Shown here one piece after another: positions 36,819 to 45,607 of a DNA stretch of 64,000 nt. The translations under genes and the position numbers were made by a program. The stretch is from a virus (taxonomy: Duplodnaviria > Caudoviricetes), in IMG/VR virus record IMGVR_UViG_3300017716_000997, positions 1,033-65,032 of that record; one strand, written 5' to 3'. The notes under the pieces were generated by a model. That model did not search any database, was not told where the DNA came from, and was given only the letters and a program-made list of their open reading frames with translations. Positions within the stretch are counted from its first letter, which is position 1; every line of letters starts with the position of its first letter.

Positions 36819-37504
36819 TGGTCATCACCCCAACTACTGGGAAAAGCGTTGTTAATGATGCTATTAATAGCGTGGCTAATCAGACAATAGAGACTGAGCA
36901 TTTATTGGTAATAGATGGCGGCACAGCAGAACTCCAATACAACTACATTGCACAGGGTGAACACTATCCAACAACCATAGTACTGCCTGAAAACGTAGGT
37001 GGTAATGGCTGGTATGGACACCGAGTCTATGCGGCTATGCCACTAATGGTAAATGCTGATTACATCCTATTTTTAGATGAGGATAATTGGTTTGAACCAA
37101 ATCATGTGGAAACCATGATTAATAAAATTAAATCTAAAGACCTAATGTGGGCCTATAGCTTGAGGAGAATATGTGATGAACGAGGACAATATGTTCTTGA
37201 TGATGATTGCGAATCACTCGGCAGATACCCGACGTTTTACGATCATCTACTCAACTTTGTTGATACTAATTGCTATTGCTTTAGGCGTGATTATTTGGTT
37301 AACGTGGCACATAATTTCTACGGTCAATGGGGCGCAGACAGACCGTTCTATAAAGCTGCCGCATCAGGTTTGCCTGCCTTCGGATGCACAGGAGAGGCTA
37401 CGGTTAATTACCGAGCGCCCGAAAGATTACTTAGCATGTTTAGAGAAGGCAACGAAGCTATGAAAAAAGCATACGGCGAAGAGCTTCCCTGGAGAAAGAA
37501 ATGA
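36809..37504 (+). CDS. Glycosyltransferase, GT2-like (231 aa)
   Basis: IMVITPT...INSVANQT...ADYILFLDEDNW (DxD)...FVDTNCYCFR...WGADR. Confidence 0.85.
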   Translation: MRIMVITPTTGKSVVNDAINSVANQTIETEHLLVIDGGTAELQYNYIAQGEHYPTTIVLPENVGGNGWYGHRVYAAMPLMVNADYILFLDEDNWFEPNHVETMINKIKSKDLMWAYSLRRICDERGQYVLDDDCESLGRYPTFYDHLLNFVDTNCYCFRRDYLVNVAHNFYGQWGADRPFYKAAASGLPAFGCTGEATVNYRAPERLLSMFREGNEAMKKAYGEELPWRKK

Positions 37505-37653
37505 AGATTCAAGTAGAAGTTACTAAAGAATATGAAGATGGCTCTGCTGACGCTACAGTCAACTTTGATAAAGAAGGGCTAGCCGTGCTAGTTGAAGTTG
37601 GAATATTAAGCATACTGCAACAATACATTGACCAAAAGAAGGAAACAAAATGA
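37501..37653 (+). CDS. Microprotein (50 aa, not in ORF track)
   Basis: MKIQVEVTKEYEDGSADATVNFD...; ATGA overlaps both ends. Confidence 0.55.
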   Translation: MKIQVEVTKEYEDGSADATVNFDKEGLAVLVEVGILSILQQYIDQKKETK

Positions 37654-38444
37654 GCTTTAAGAAAGATAACAAACCAACCATTAAATTCAATCCACAACCA
37701 CTAAAAGCAAAGCTATTTGTAGCTACCCCCATGTACGGTGGTATGTGTACTGGTATGTATGCTTCTGCGGTGATGCAATGCGTAGGAGCATTTGGTCAAG
37801 CCGGTATTCAAATGTACTACAGCTTTATGATGAACGAGTCATTGATTACCCGTGCAAGAAACAGTATGGCTTATGACTTTATGAAGTCTGATGCCACTCA
37901 TTTAATGTTTATTGATGCCGATATTGCCTTTAACCCTAACGACATTCCTCGTATGGTTGATGCAGATAAAGACATCATCTGTGGTATTTACCCCAAGAAA
38001 GAGATTAACTGGGTAGAGGTATCAGAAGCGGTCAAGAAAGGCGTACCAACTGACCATTTGCAATACCATACTGGCGCATTTGTTTTAAATCTTGCTAATG
38101 GCGAACAATCTAAAACAGGCAACATCAACGAACCAATTGAGATTGCTAATGGCGGTACAGGGTTTATGTTAATTAAGCGTAAGGTATTTGAAGACTTGGC
38201 CGACAAGGTTCCTAGCTATACTAACGATATGTACCACGCAGTAGACACGGTTCGTGAAGTTAAAGTAATTAAAGAATACTTTGCTACTTCAATTGATGAA
38301 GAGTCCAACCGTTTGTTATCTGAAGATTATCATTTCTGTAAGATTTCTAGGCAGGCTGGATTTAAAGTATGGTGTGCGCCCTGGGCTAGCTTTAGTCATA
38401 CAGGTACTTATAACTTTAGCGGTCAGCTACCAAGAAGTGCATAA
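37650..38444 (+). CDS. GT-A fold glycosyltransferase (264 aa)
   Basis: KLFVATPMYGG, ESLITRARN, THLMFIDADI (DxD), GTGFMLIKR, LSEDYHFC. Confidence 0.8.
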   Translation: MSFKKDNKPTIKFNPQPLKAKLFVATPMYGGMCTGMYASAVMQCVGAFGQAGIQMYYSFMMNESLITRARNSMAYDFMKSDATHLMFIDADIAFNPNDIPRMVDADKDIICGIYPKKEINWVEVSEAVKKGVPTDHLQYHTGAFVLNLANGEQSKTGNINEPIEIANGGTGFMLIKRKVFEDLADKVPSYTNDMYHAVDTVREVKVIKEYFATSIDEESNRLLSEDYHFCKISRQAGFKVWCAPWASFSHTGTYNFSGQLPRSA

Positions 38445-38881
38445 TGATTGGCGCCTACAAACCATATGAGCAAAGCCTCAGCGACAAATATGATACGCCT
38501 GGAAGGGCTTTTATTAAGCATGCGGCTAAGCTTAAATGGGATGTAGACGCAGAAGATTATGAAACTTATAAGGTTGATCTGCTTTGTAAACGAGCTGGCA
38601 AGGTTATTGGGTATGCAGAAGTAGAGGTGAGGGAGCCATATGGAAATGATTTTCCCTTTACCACAGTGCATGTACCAGCTAGAAAAGATAAGCTTTTGGA
38701 TAATGGATTGCCAACAGTTTACTTTGCTGTAAATAGGGACTTTACAAGGCTAATGTGGGTAAGAACTGAAAAGATTTCCCAGTACATTCCAATAGAAGTT
38801 CCAAACAAAATGGTACCAAATGGAGAATGTTTTTATGATGTTCCAAAGAATCTATTCACCGAGGTATACATTGGTAATTAA
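38444..38881 (+). CDS. Hypothetical protein, possible PD-(D/E)xK fold (145 aa)
   Basis: KVDLL...YAEVEVR spacing resembles D...ExK catalytic pattern. Confidence 0.45.
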   Translation: MIGAYKPYEQSLSDKYDTPGRAFIKHAAKLKWDVDAEDYETYKVDLLCKRAGKVIGYAEVEVREPYGNDFPFTTVHVPARKDKLLDNGLPTVYFAVNRDFTRLMWVRTEKISQYIPIEVPNKMVPNGECFYDVPKNLFTEVYIGN

Positions 38882-39086
38882 ATGGCTTGGAACAATACTA
38901 TGCTTGTGTGGTATTTTTCTTACAAGTTTTAATATTTATCCATTAAACATTGTTCTTAGTATTATTGGTAGTACACTGTGGACAGCAGCGGGAATTATCC
39001 AAAGAGATATACCGTTGTTCATAGTAGAAGCAGTAGCAGTAGCGTTTTACTTAGCAGGATTAATTAATTACACGAGGATTGTATGA
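38871..39086 (+). CDS. Small multi-pass membrane protein
   Basis: Likely TTG start after GAGG; three hydrophobic segments. Confidence 0.6.
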   Translation: MVIKWLGTILCLCGIFLTSFNIYPLNIVLSIIGSTLWTAAGIIQRDIPLFIVEAVAVAFYLAGLINYTRIV

Positions 39087-39373
39087 AAAAATTATTAGTA
39101 ACTGTATGTTTATACAGTGGTCTTGCGTCAGCGCAAGTTACCAGTTGGGAGAACTCACCATACAACTGGAAGAACTCCGATATGAATTGGGAAAACAGTT
39201 CATCTAATTGGAAGAACTCTCCGGACAATTGGAAGAATAGCGAATACAACTACAACGCTAGAGGTGGGGTTTACGATAATAGCGGCAACCGTATGGGGTA
39301 TGAAACAATGAATCCTAACGGTGTTAAAAACTATTACGATAATAACGGCAACCGCATCGGTTACAGCAGATAA
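39083..39373 (+). CDS. Secreted protein with five NW(K/E)NSxx heptads (96 aa)
   Basis: Signal peptide MKKLLVTVCLYSGLASA; GAGGA RBS. Confidence 0.7.
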   Translation: MKKLLVTVCLYSGLASAQVTSWENSPYNWKNSDMNWENSSSNWKNSPDNWKNSEYNYNARGGVYDNSGNRMGYETMNPNGVKNYYDNNGNRIGYSR

Positions 39374-39382
39374 GAGGAAATA

Positions 39383-39553
39383 ATGATTGATTACGTAGAA
39401 ACTACGATTGCATTACAAACAGGTAAGAGAAAATTGGATGACCTATTGTTAAAGAAGAAATACAAAGAGGCAGTCAACCAAACGGACGACATGATTGTTG
39501 CGTTGATTGATTTGAAATGGTGGCTGAGGAAACAAAATGAAAATAACAAATAA
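39383..39553 (+). CDS. Microprotein (56 aa, not in ORF track)
   Basis: GAGGA RBS; MIDYVETTIALQ... Confidence 0.5.
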   Translation: MIDYVETTIALQTGKRKLDDLLLKKKYKEAVNQTDDMIVALIDLKWWLRKQNENNK

Positions 39554-40418
39554 ACATAATTTACCCCAGACATTTGTAAATGTACTGGAGCGTCCTAGCT
39601 ATGACAAGGGAGTTGCACATCTATCAGCTACTGAGTTATTGGGAAGCCCGCAGATTTCAGTATTGAAGAAGCGTCATTACGAAGAGCTAGAAGAAGATGC
39701 AATGGATATGGTTTGGTCTATGTTTGGAACAGCCATTCATAACATCCTTGAGAAGGGCGCAGACGAGCATCACATTGTTGAAGAGCGTATCCATGCAGAA
39801 CTAGATGGATGGAATATTTCTGGAGCCATTGACTTACAGCACGTCCTTGAAGATGGCATTGAGGTTAATGATTATAAAACTGTTGGTGTATATGGGGTGA
39901 TGCATGAAAAGAAAGAGTGGGAAGAACAGCTTAACATCTACGCCTGGCTTGTTGAGAAGATTAAAAAGCAACCAGTTGTCGGACTCAAGATTGTCGCAAT
40001 CATTCGAGATTGGAGCCGCAGAGATGCAGAGAATAGGGCTAATTACCCAAGAACGCCTGTGGCAACTATTGATATCAACCTATGGCCTATGGAGCAACGT
40101 GAAGAGTTTATCCGTAACCGCATTCATTCCCACTCCGAAGCATTATTCGCTGCTGAAACAGGAGCAACATTACCGCCTTGTACGGCTGAAGAAATGTGGG
40201 AAAAAGAAACCGTCTACGCTCTCAAAAAGAACGGAGCCGTAAGAGCTAAGTCGTTACATGCAACTATCGAAGAAGCAGAAGCAGCACTTGAAGAAGCGGG
40301 CAAAGGTTTTTCTATTGAGACCCGTCCGGGCGAGCGTACACGCTGTAAGTACTATTGCCCAGTAAGTAACTATTGTCAGCAGTACAAACTTTATACAGAG
40401 GAGCAAGAAAATGTTTAA
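39537..40418 (+). CDS. PD-(D/E)xK exonuclease, Cas4-like (293 aa)
   Basis: MFGTAIHNILE, ISGAIDL, VNDYKT, QLNIYAW, C-terminal RCKYYCPVSNYC. Confidence 0.85.
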   Translation: MKITNKHNLPQTFVNVLERPSYDKGVAHLSATELLGSPQISVLKKRHYEELEEDAMDMVWSMFGTAIHNILEKGADEHHIVEERIHAELDGWNISGAIDLQHVLEDGIEVNDYKTVGVYGVMHEKKEWEEQLNIYAWLVEKIKKQPVVGLKIVAIIRDWSRRDAENRANYPRTPVATIDINLWPMEQREEFIRNRIHSHSEALFAAETGATLPPCTAEEMWEKETVYALKKNGAVRAKSLHATIEEAEAALEEAGKGFSIETRPGERTRCKYYCPVSNYCQQYKLYTEEQENV

Positions 40419-40623
40419 GAAATTAATGGATAGTTTGGAGAAAGAATTTATTGGTCAATTAAAAGTATGGTATCCAGTTAATGACAGTATCTATTGCGGT
40501 CGTATGTCTGATGCTGAAATTGAAGGCATGCAAGCTCGCAATGAGGCGGCTATTAAGAAGTGCATTCAAAAGATGGGTAAGAAGTGGTTGTTACATCCAT
40601 CTCATAAGGTAACCCGTCTATGA
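40411..40623 (+). CDS. Hypothetical protein (70 aa)
   Basis: GAGGAG RBS. Confidence 0.55.
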   Translation: MFKKLMDSLEKEFIGQLKVWYPVNDSIYCGRMSDAEIEGMQARNEAAIKKCIQKMGKKWLLHPSHKVTRL

Positions 40624-40838
40624 GAGCCAATGACGTTCAGGTAGGTGGAAGCCATTACAAAGATCATGCGATACAGCCTTGGGATTACATCGTTGCCAAT
40701 AACCTTGGGTACCTAGAAGGTAATGTTGTTAAATACATTACCCGCTGGAGACAAAAGGGTGGGGTTGATGACCTACGCAAGGTAGTGCATTACGCAGAAA
40801 AGTTAATTGAAGTAGCAACTAAAGAGGAAATGAAATGA
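40620..40838 (+). CDS. DUF3310/SaV-like small protein
   Basis: QVGGSHY...IQPWDY...GNVVKYITR...DDLRK. Confidence 0.8.
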   Translation: MRANDVQVGGSHYKDHAIQPWDYIVANNLGYLEGNVVKYITRWRQKGGVDDLRKVVHYAEKLIEVATKEEMK

Positions 40839-41020
40839 AAACAAGGCAAGAGTTAATTTTAGATTTTATGTTGGCGTTGGCTTCAAACCCAAAAGTGGTC
40901 AAACCATTTGACCATGAGGATGAAATTGCTCCAGATTATTATGATGTTTTTTCCTCAGATTTGTATTCATTTGCAGCCGAAATGTCAGATGTATATTTAA
41001 ATAATGGGGAAATGAAATGA
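40835..41020 (+). CDS. Hypothetical protein (61 aa)
   Basis: Coupled ORF, GAGGA RBS. Confidence 0.55.
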   Translation: MKTRQELILDFMLALASNPKVVKPFDHEDEIAPDYYDVFSSDLYSFAAEMSDVYLNNGEMK

Positions 41021-41700
41021 GTGTTTATAAGAAGTTACAAGAAGCCCGTATGAAGTTACAGAATACGGCGCTTAAGAAGTCTGGTCATAATAAGTTTGCT
41101 GGGTACTACTACTTTGAATTGGGTGACTTCCTGCCAGCTATTCAAAAGATTTGTGCTGAGATGGATCTATGCGGTGTTGTATCGTTTGATCACAACATGG
41201 CTTTCCTGCAGATCAATGACACAGAAGATGGTACTTCAGTGATGTTTACCTCACCTATGTCTAGCGCTGCTTTAAAGGGCTGCCATGACGTTCAGAACCT
41301 AGGCGCAGTACAGACTTACCTCCGTCGCTATCTCTGGGTTAATGCCTTTGAGATTGTGGAACATGACGCCTTGGATGCAGTCATGGGAGCAGACGCACCA
41401 AAAAAGTTTGATACGGTAGTAGCTAAACCTGCTCCCGTTAAACCAACACCAACTAAACCAGCAGTTAAGGCCGCCTTACCGGGTGAATGGACTCTTAAAC
41501 CAATCGGGGATGATTTTACCGAATCATTGAAGGTTGGGCTGGACGCTATGCTGCAACTAGCCACGTCACCAGATGACGTAGCAAACATCTTTAAAGTCAA
41601 TCGTTCTTCATTTGATAAGGTTAAAGAGATGAGTCCTGAAGCTTATGCAGAAATGATGACTAAATTTACCGCAACAAAAAATTCATTAACAAAGGAGTAA
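41017..41700 (+). CDS. erf: ERF-family single-strand annealing protein
   Basis: KKSGHNKFAGYYYFELGDFLP...LGAVQTYLRRY (GxxxxYxRRY ERF signature)...DALD. Confidence 0.8.
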   Translation: MSVYKKLQEARMKLQNTALKKSGHNKFAGYYYFELGDFLPAIQKICAEMDLCGVVSFDHNMAFLQINDTEDGTSVMFTSPMSSAALKGCHDVQNLGAVQTYLRRYLWVNAFEIVEHDALDAVMGADAPKKFDTVVAKPAPVKPTPTKPAVKAALPGEWTLKPIGDDFTESLKVGLDAMLQLATSPDDVANIFKVNRSSFDKVKEMSPEAYAEMMTKFTATKNSLTKE

Positions 41701-41703
41701 TAC

Positions 41704-42000
41704 ATGGAATACCCAACCGAATTTAAAGAAAAAGCTAATACTGGACGATTGATGCCATCAGTTATCCGCAAATCAGATAAAGCTCCTGACATGTGGGGTG
41801 TGATTTGTATTGATCGTGAGTATGCAAAGCATTTGCTAGAGCAACCAGGTTCAGAAGAGTTTATTACGGTAAAGCTTGGTGCATGGAAAAACGCATCTAA
41901 AAACGGCAATAAGTACTTATCCCTCAATGTAAATACATATACTGCAGAAAATGCTGCTGAACCAGCACCTAAGAAAGAGGAGAAAGATCCATGGGAGTAA
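41704..42000 (+). CDS. Small SSB-like/DUF736-like protein
   Basis: KAPDMWG...LGAWK...GNKYLSL and acidic C-terminus EKDPWE; follows ERF. Confidence 0.6.
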   Translation: MEYPTEFKEKANTGRLMPSVIRKSDKAPDMWGVICIDREYAKHLLEQPGSEEFITVKLGAWKNASKNGNKYLSLNVNTYTAENAAEPAPKKEEKDPWE

Positions 42001-42281
42001 CTAAAAAGGCAACGATAGTTGCTAAAACGGCAACGAAAAAGCGGGGCCGTCCAGCAGGATCTAAGAACAAAGCTACGTTATTAAGCAGTACTGGTTGGGT
42101 TCCACCAACGCCAGTAGATTACAAGAAGCTTTTAGATGAAACTCAGCATGCTTTGGCTATTGAAATGAAAACCAATGAAGCTCTTCAAGGACTGTTTGAT
42201 GATCTTAAAGCTAAGGTTACTTTAGATAAAGACGTTTCTATTTGGATTCGCCTTAAGTTTTTAGTAACAGGAAGGCTCTAA
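41991..42281 (+). CDS. AT-hook-containing protein
   Basis: KKRGRPAGSKNK. Confidence 0.55.
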   Translation: MGVTKKATIVAKTATKKRGRPAGSKNKATLLSSTGWVPPTPVDYKKLLDETQHALAIEMKTNEALQGLFDDLKAKVTLDKDVSIWIRLKFLVTGRL

Positions 42282-42700
42282 TGGAAACTAGTCAGTTTGA
42301 AGGCAAGAAGGTCGCTCTCAAGCAGACTAAGGAAGGCCATGTACTTACCTTATCTATTCATCCTGACGAGATCCCAGAAGAGATTCTGCGTGATTTCGTA
42401 GGTGCTAGGTATATGGTAGTCATGGTACGCCTTGGCGATGATGAGAAGCCAGCCAATCGTGAAGAGTATGCTGGAGCTTCTTATGTAAAGCTGGCTGGAA
42501 TGCTTTGTAGAGACCCAAGGTTTTGGGATTTTCTATACGACCAAGGTCATATCTTTGCAAAAAATGAGAGGGAAACAACTGAGTGGATTTATGATTACTT
42601 AGGAATTCCATCTAGATCAGAGTTAAAAACAAACCAAATAGCTCAGGAACTAATTAAAAAGATTGGTACTGAATACAAGGAGTGGTTACATGTCCGATGA
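42281..42700 (+). CDS. Hypothetical protein (139 aa)
   Basis: VGARYMVVMVRL, AGMLCRDPRFW. Confidence 0.6.
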   Translation: METSQFEGKKVALKQTKEGHVLTLSIHPDEIPEEILRDFVGARYMVVMVRLGDDEKPANREEYAGASYVKLAGMLCRDPRFWDFLYDQGHIFAKNERETTEWIYDYLGIPSRSELKTNQIAQELIKKIGTEYKEWLHVR

Positions 42701-42977
42701 ATTATTAAGGCCGTATAGTATTTATCTGCCCCAGGTTGTAATTAATAAGCTTAAGGACCTATCCAAAAGCCGAAGAGCATCGTCCTTTGTTCGTGAGGCT
42801 ATCTTGTCAGCACTAGATAGCAATGACGACTTTAATAGTGGATTTAACAAAGGTCTTCGAGAAGCTTGCAGAGTCATTAAAGATACAAAGGAAGCATCAA
42901 CTCTTTTGGTTAACAACGAACTGCTAAGCGACATTCTTATTCAAAATATTGAAATGTTAGAGCAAAATGGAAAATAA
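42690..42977 (+). CDS. Ribbon-helix-helix-like DNA-binding protein
   Basis: RPYSIYLPQVVINKLK...SSFVREAILSAL. Confidence 0.55.
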   Translation: MSDELLRPYSIYLPQVVINKLKDLSKSRRASSFVREAILSALDSNDDFNSGFNKGLREACRVIKDTKEASTLLVNNELLSDILIQNIEMLEQNGK

Positions 42978-43152
42978 AGACCGTGAGCATATGAGATTTC
43001 TAGCATCATGCTTTGCGCTAGTAAATTGTGGAAACCCAATAAATGCCGTCAAGATGGCGGATGAACTAATGGAAGAGTTATCAAATGAAAAAGTTACTGC
43101 TGGCGGTATTGTTGACATTGTCCCTAAACGCAAGCGCAGCCGTAGTAGCTGA
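42967..43152 (+). CDS. Hypothetical protein (61 aa)
   Basis: Coupled to upstream gene; basic C-terminus. Confidence 0.55.
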   Translation: MENKDREHMRFLASCFALVNCGNPINAVKMADELMEELSNEKVTAGGIVDIVPKRKRSRSS

Positions 43153-43375
43153 GATGGTTAATCAGGGCGGTGGCACTATAGCGTTAACTGACGCTAAGTG
43201 TACTAAGGTGCAGAACACTTATGTAGCCTACAGTTATATTTCCAGTGGGCAATCTTTGCTGGGTTGCTGGACATCTGAGGGCAATAGAGTCTTTATTCTT
43301 TGGAACGATAATGATCTACGGTCATATCCTTTAGAGCATTTCCGTCAGCCAGTTAGTAAAAAGAACTACATGTGA
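43085..43375 (+). CDS. Secreted protein (96 aa)
   Basis: Signal peptide MKKLLLAVLLTLSLNASA; GGTIALTD..C...LLGCW. Confidence 0.65.
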   Translation: MKKLLLAVLLTLSLNASAAVVAEMVNQGGGTIALTDAKCTKVQNTYVAYSYISSGQSLLGCWTSEGNRVFILWNDNDLRSYPLEHFRQPVSKKNYM

Positions 43376-43881
43376 ACACCATACTGTTTTGTGCTGCCTT
43401 TATGATAGCTTTATTGGCATGGGTCTTAAACACGCATATAGAGCCGTCAGTTTATGCGTGTGCTGAGGTATCAAAACAGGATCCTATTGAAGTACAAAAG
43501 CTTTGCAACCAAGCCAAAAGGAACAGACCATGGATGAAATAGAAGAGGTTATACTAGCCCTAAGAGCGGCTGGTGTACCAATGCCGCAGTACAAAATACT
43601 ACCGGATGGATCTTACTATTTCTATTATGGACAAGAAGACGCTGATACTGCATTTTATAGCGAAGAACCCAGGAGTTCAGTCGATTGATATTAATGTTGG
43701 ACTGGGAAGGGCCTCTATTGGCGCCCATACAAGGGCATTAATGGACGCTGGAATGTTAGTAAAAGATGCTAATCTAGGATGGCATCTAGCCACTGGATAT
43801 ATTCTTAATATTGAGCCTAAGCATACAACTCCAATAGACATTGCTGGTGAATTTATTCGTAAGATGATTGATGAAAAATGA
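43372..43881 (+). CDS. Small genes: TM microprotein (GTG 43372), 43530-43688, winged-HTH-like 43627-43881
   Basis: Last ORF LILHFIAKNPG...SIGAHTRALMDAGML resembles winged helix. Confidence 0.5.
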
Positions 43882-44170
43882 TCAACGAAAATATTTTTCG
43901 AGTCTTGCGGACCTCGGCTGCATACTTTGCAGACATCTCGGCTACGGACCTACACCTGCAGAGATACATCATATACGGCGGTTTGGAGGCAAGCGAGATA
44001 ACGCACCAGTTATACCACTCTGCACCGAACACCATAGAGGCAATACCGGCGTTCACGGACTTGGTCATAAAGGATTTGACAAACACTATGGTATTACCGA
44101 AATGGAACTATGGAGCAGCTCGGAGCAAGTACTACACGAGAAGACTGAGGCTTCAAGACTCTTTAAATAA
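43868..44170 (+). CDS. Ref/DUF968-like HNH nuclease
   Basis: LADLGCILC...AEIHH...VIPLCTEHHRG..GVH. Confidence 0.75.
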   Translation: MMKNDQRKYFSSLADLGCILCRHLGYGPTPAEIHHIRRFGGKRDNAPVIPLCTEHHRGNTGVHGLGHKGFDKHYGITEMELWSSSEQVLHEKTEASRLFK

Positions 44171-44216
44171 CCAAGATCTTATCTTATCGCAAGCGGAAAG
44201 AAATAGATTTACCTTG

Positions 44217-44564
44217 CTAAAGTTCTAAGGGATCGAAACCCAATTCATCCGATATAACCTTAGTACGCCGCCTGAACTCAGAGTCATGGTGGGTCCAGCG
44301 ACTAGTCTTATATCTACTCATATGGACGGCTTCATGGCATAAGACCCTGATAACAGTCGATAAATGACCGCATCTCTTATCTGAAATGGTAATGATATGT
44401 TCAAAATCCCCGCCATCATCATATAAATAACTGCCCATAACGTCTGGGTCTTGATCTACTATAAACTCAATCTCTTCAGGCAACGGCATATTCCAGCGAT
44501 CAAAAGGCTTCATGCAATAGATTGCACAATATAAGTTCTTTAAGATTGCTGGTGTTAGTTTCAT
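44217..44564 (-). CDS. SprT-like zinc metallopeptidase (115 aa)
   Basis: VLCHEAVHM (HExxH) followed by HHDSEF. Confidence 0.7.
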   Translation of the reverse strand: MKLTPAILKNLYCAIYCMKPFDRWNMPLPEEIEFIVDQDPDVMGSYLYDDGGDFEHIITISDKRCGHLSTVIRVLCHEAVHMSRYKTSRWTHHDSEFRRRTKVISDELGFDPLEL

Positions 44565-45523
44565 ACCTTATTGATACATCCCCTGAATTCGAAAGCGTCT
44601 TCCCCGCATACCTGAATAAGCTCAGGAAGCATAAGACGCCCCTCCTCAAATGATAACAGGGCGAACCCTTCCCGCCAGTCTTTAGGGTTATCCTCAATGT
44701 ATGCCATGAACTGTTCCCCATGAATGTTCGCTAGGCAGCCCGTTTGGACCCCATAGCGGGTTCCGTTGTAGTCGGTGAAGGGTTGGACAGCCAAATTGTG
44801 TGTGTGGCCTGTAATGATGTTTGTGCCTGTTTTAAGGGCATTGGCACGACCAGCACCAAATCCACCCCCTATACGGTGTTTAATACAGGTGTCTTCGTTG
44901 ACCCAATAGGACCAGCATGGTTTCCACATAGGGAAGTGGTCTTTAAGGGTAAACCCTGCTACTCCCTCATAGGTACCCATCTGAGCTGATAGGAAGGTCT
45001 CAAAGCGGGCATCGTGGTTTCCGAGGGTCCAGATAAGCTCTGCTCCTACGGCAGCCTTCTCGATGCCTGCCATCATCTCCTGACAGGCTTCTAGCTCTTC
45101 CTTAACCGTTGGGGTCTTTTCCCAGCCAATTCGAGGATGTCGGCTTGCTTGTGAGCCGTCAAACATATCTCCATTAGCTACCACTACTTTAGGTTTAAAT
45201 TCTTTAATGATTAATAAGAGGGCTTTATATGCAGTAGAAACTTCATCAGGCCAGAAGTGAGCGTCTGAAAAGACTACTACCCGACCTTTTTCCATTTCAA
45301 TGCCACGTCTTGCATGACCTGGTGTTTGTTGAAGTTTCTTAAGACTATTTATCCTAGCATCATTATGTGTAGGTAATTCTATCTTGCGTCTTATTTCTAC
45401 TGTTCGTCGTCGGTTATATACAGCCCTGACATTTAATTGATGTTTTTCAGCAAACTTTTGGGGGCTACCAAGCTTCATCCATTCTGCAATAAACTGATCA
45501 TCAGTTAAATAATATCCAGACAT
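44561..45523 (-). CDS. Calcineurin-like metallophosphoesterase (320 aa)
   Basis: VFSDAHF, NGDMFD, LGNHD, GHTH. Confidence 0.85.
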   Translation of the reverse strand: MSGYYLTDDQFIAEWMKLGSPQKFAEKHQLNVRAVYNRRRTVEIRRKIELPTHNDARINSLKKLQQTPGHARRGIEMEKGRVVVFSDAHFWPDEVSTAYKALLLIIKEFKPKVVVANGDMFDGSQASRHPRIGWEKTPTVKEELEACQEMMAGIEKAAVGAELIWTLGNHDARFETFLSAQMGTYEGVAGFTLKDHFPMWKPCWSYWVNEDTCIKHRIGGGFGAGRANALKTGTNIITGHTHNLAVQPFTDYNGTRYGVQTGCLANIHGEQFMAYIEDNPKDWREGFALLSFEEGRLMLPELIQVCGEDAFEFRGCINKV

Positions 45524-45607
45524 AGTTTCCTCTCTTATGGTTATAGGGGTTTTACCATAAGTAATTTAAGAATGCATTACATTTATATGATTTATAAGGG
45601 AATATCC

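Noticed and set aside
37173-37463. 96-aa same-strand alternative-frame ORF with a hydrophobic segment inside the GT2 gene
   Set aside because: No clear RBS or known motif; one such frame is expected by chance; would need conservation data
39537-40418. Cas4 as part of a CRISPR system
   Set aside because: No other cas genes or array; context (ERF, SSB) indicates a recombination exonuclease
43878-44228. 116-aa ORF overlapping the Ref-like nuclease
   Set aside because: Alternative frame of a gene with clear motifs; no features of its own
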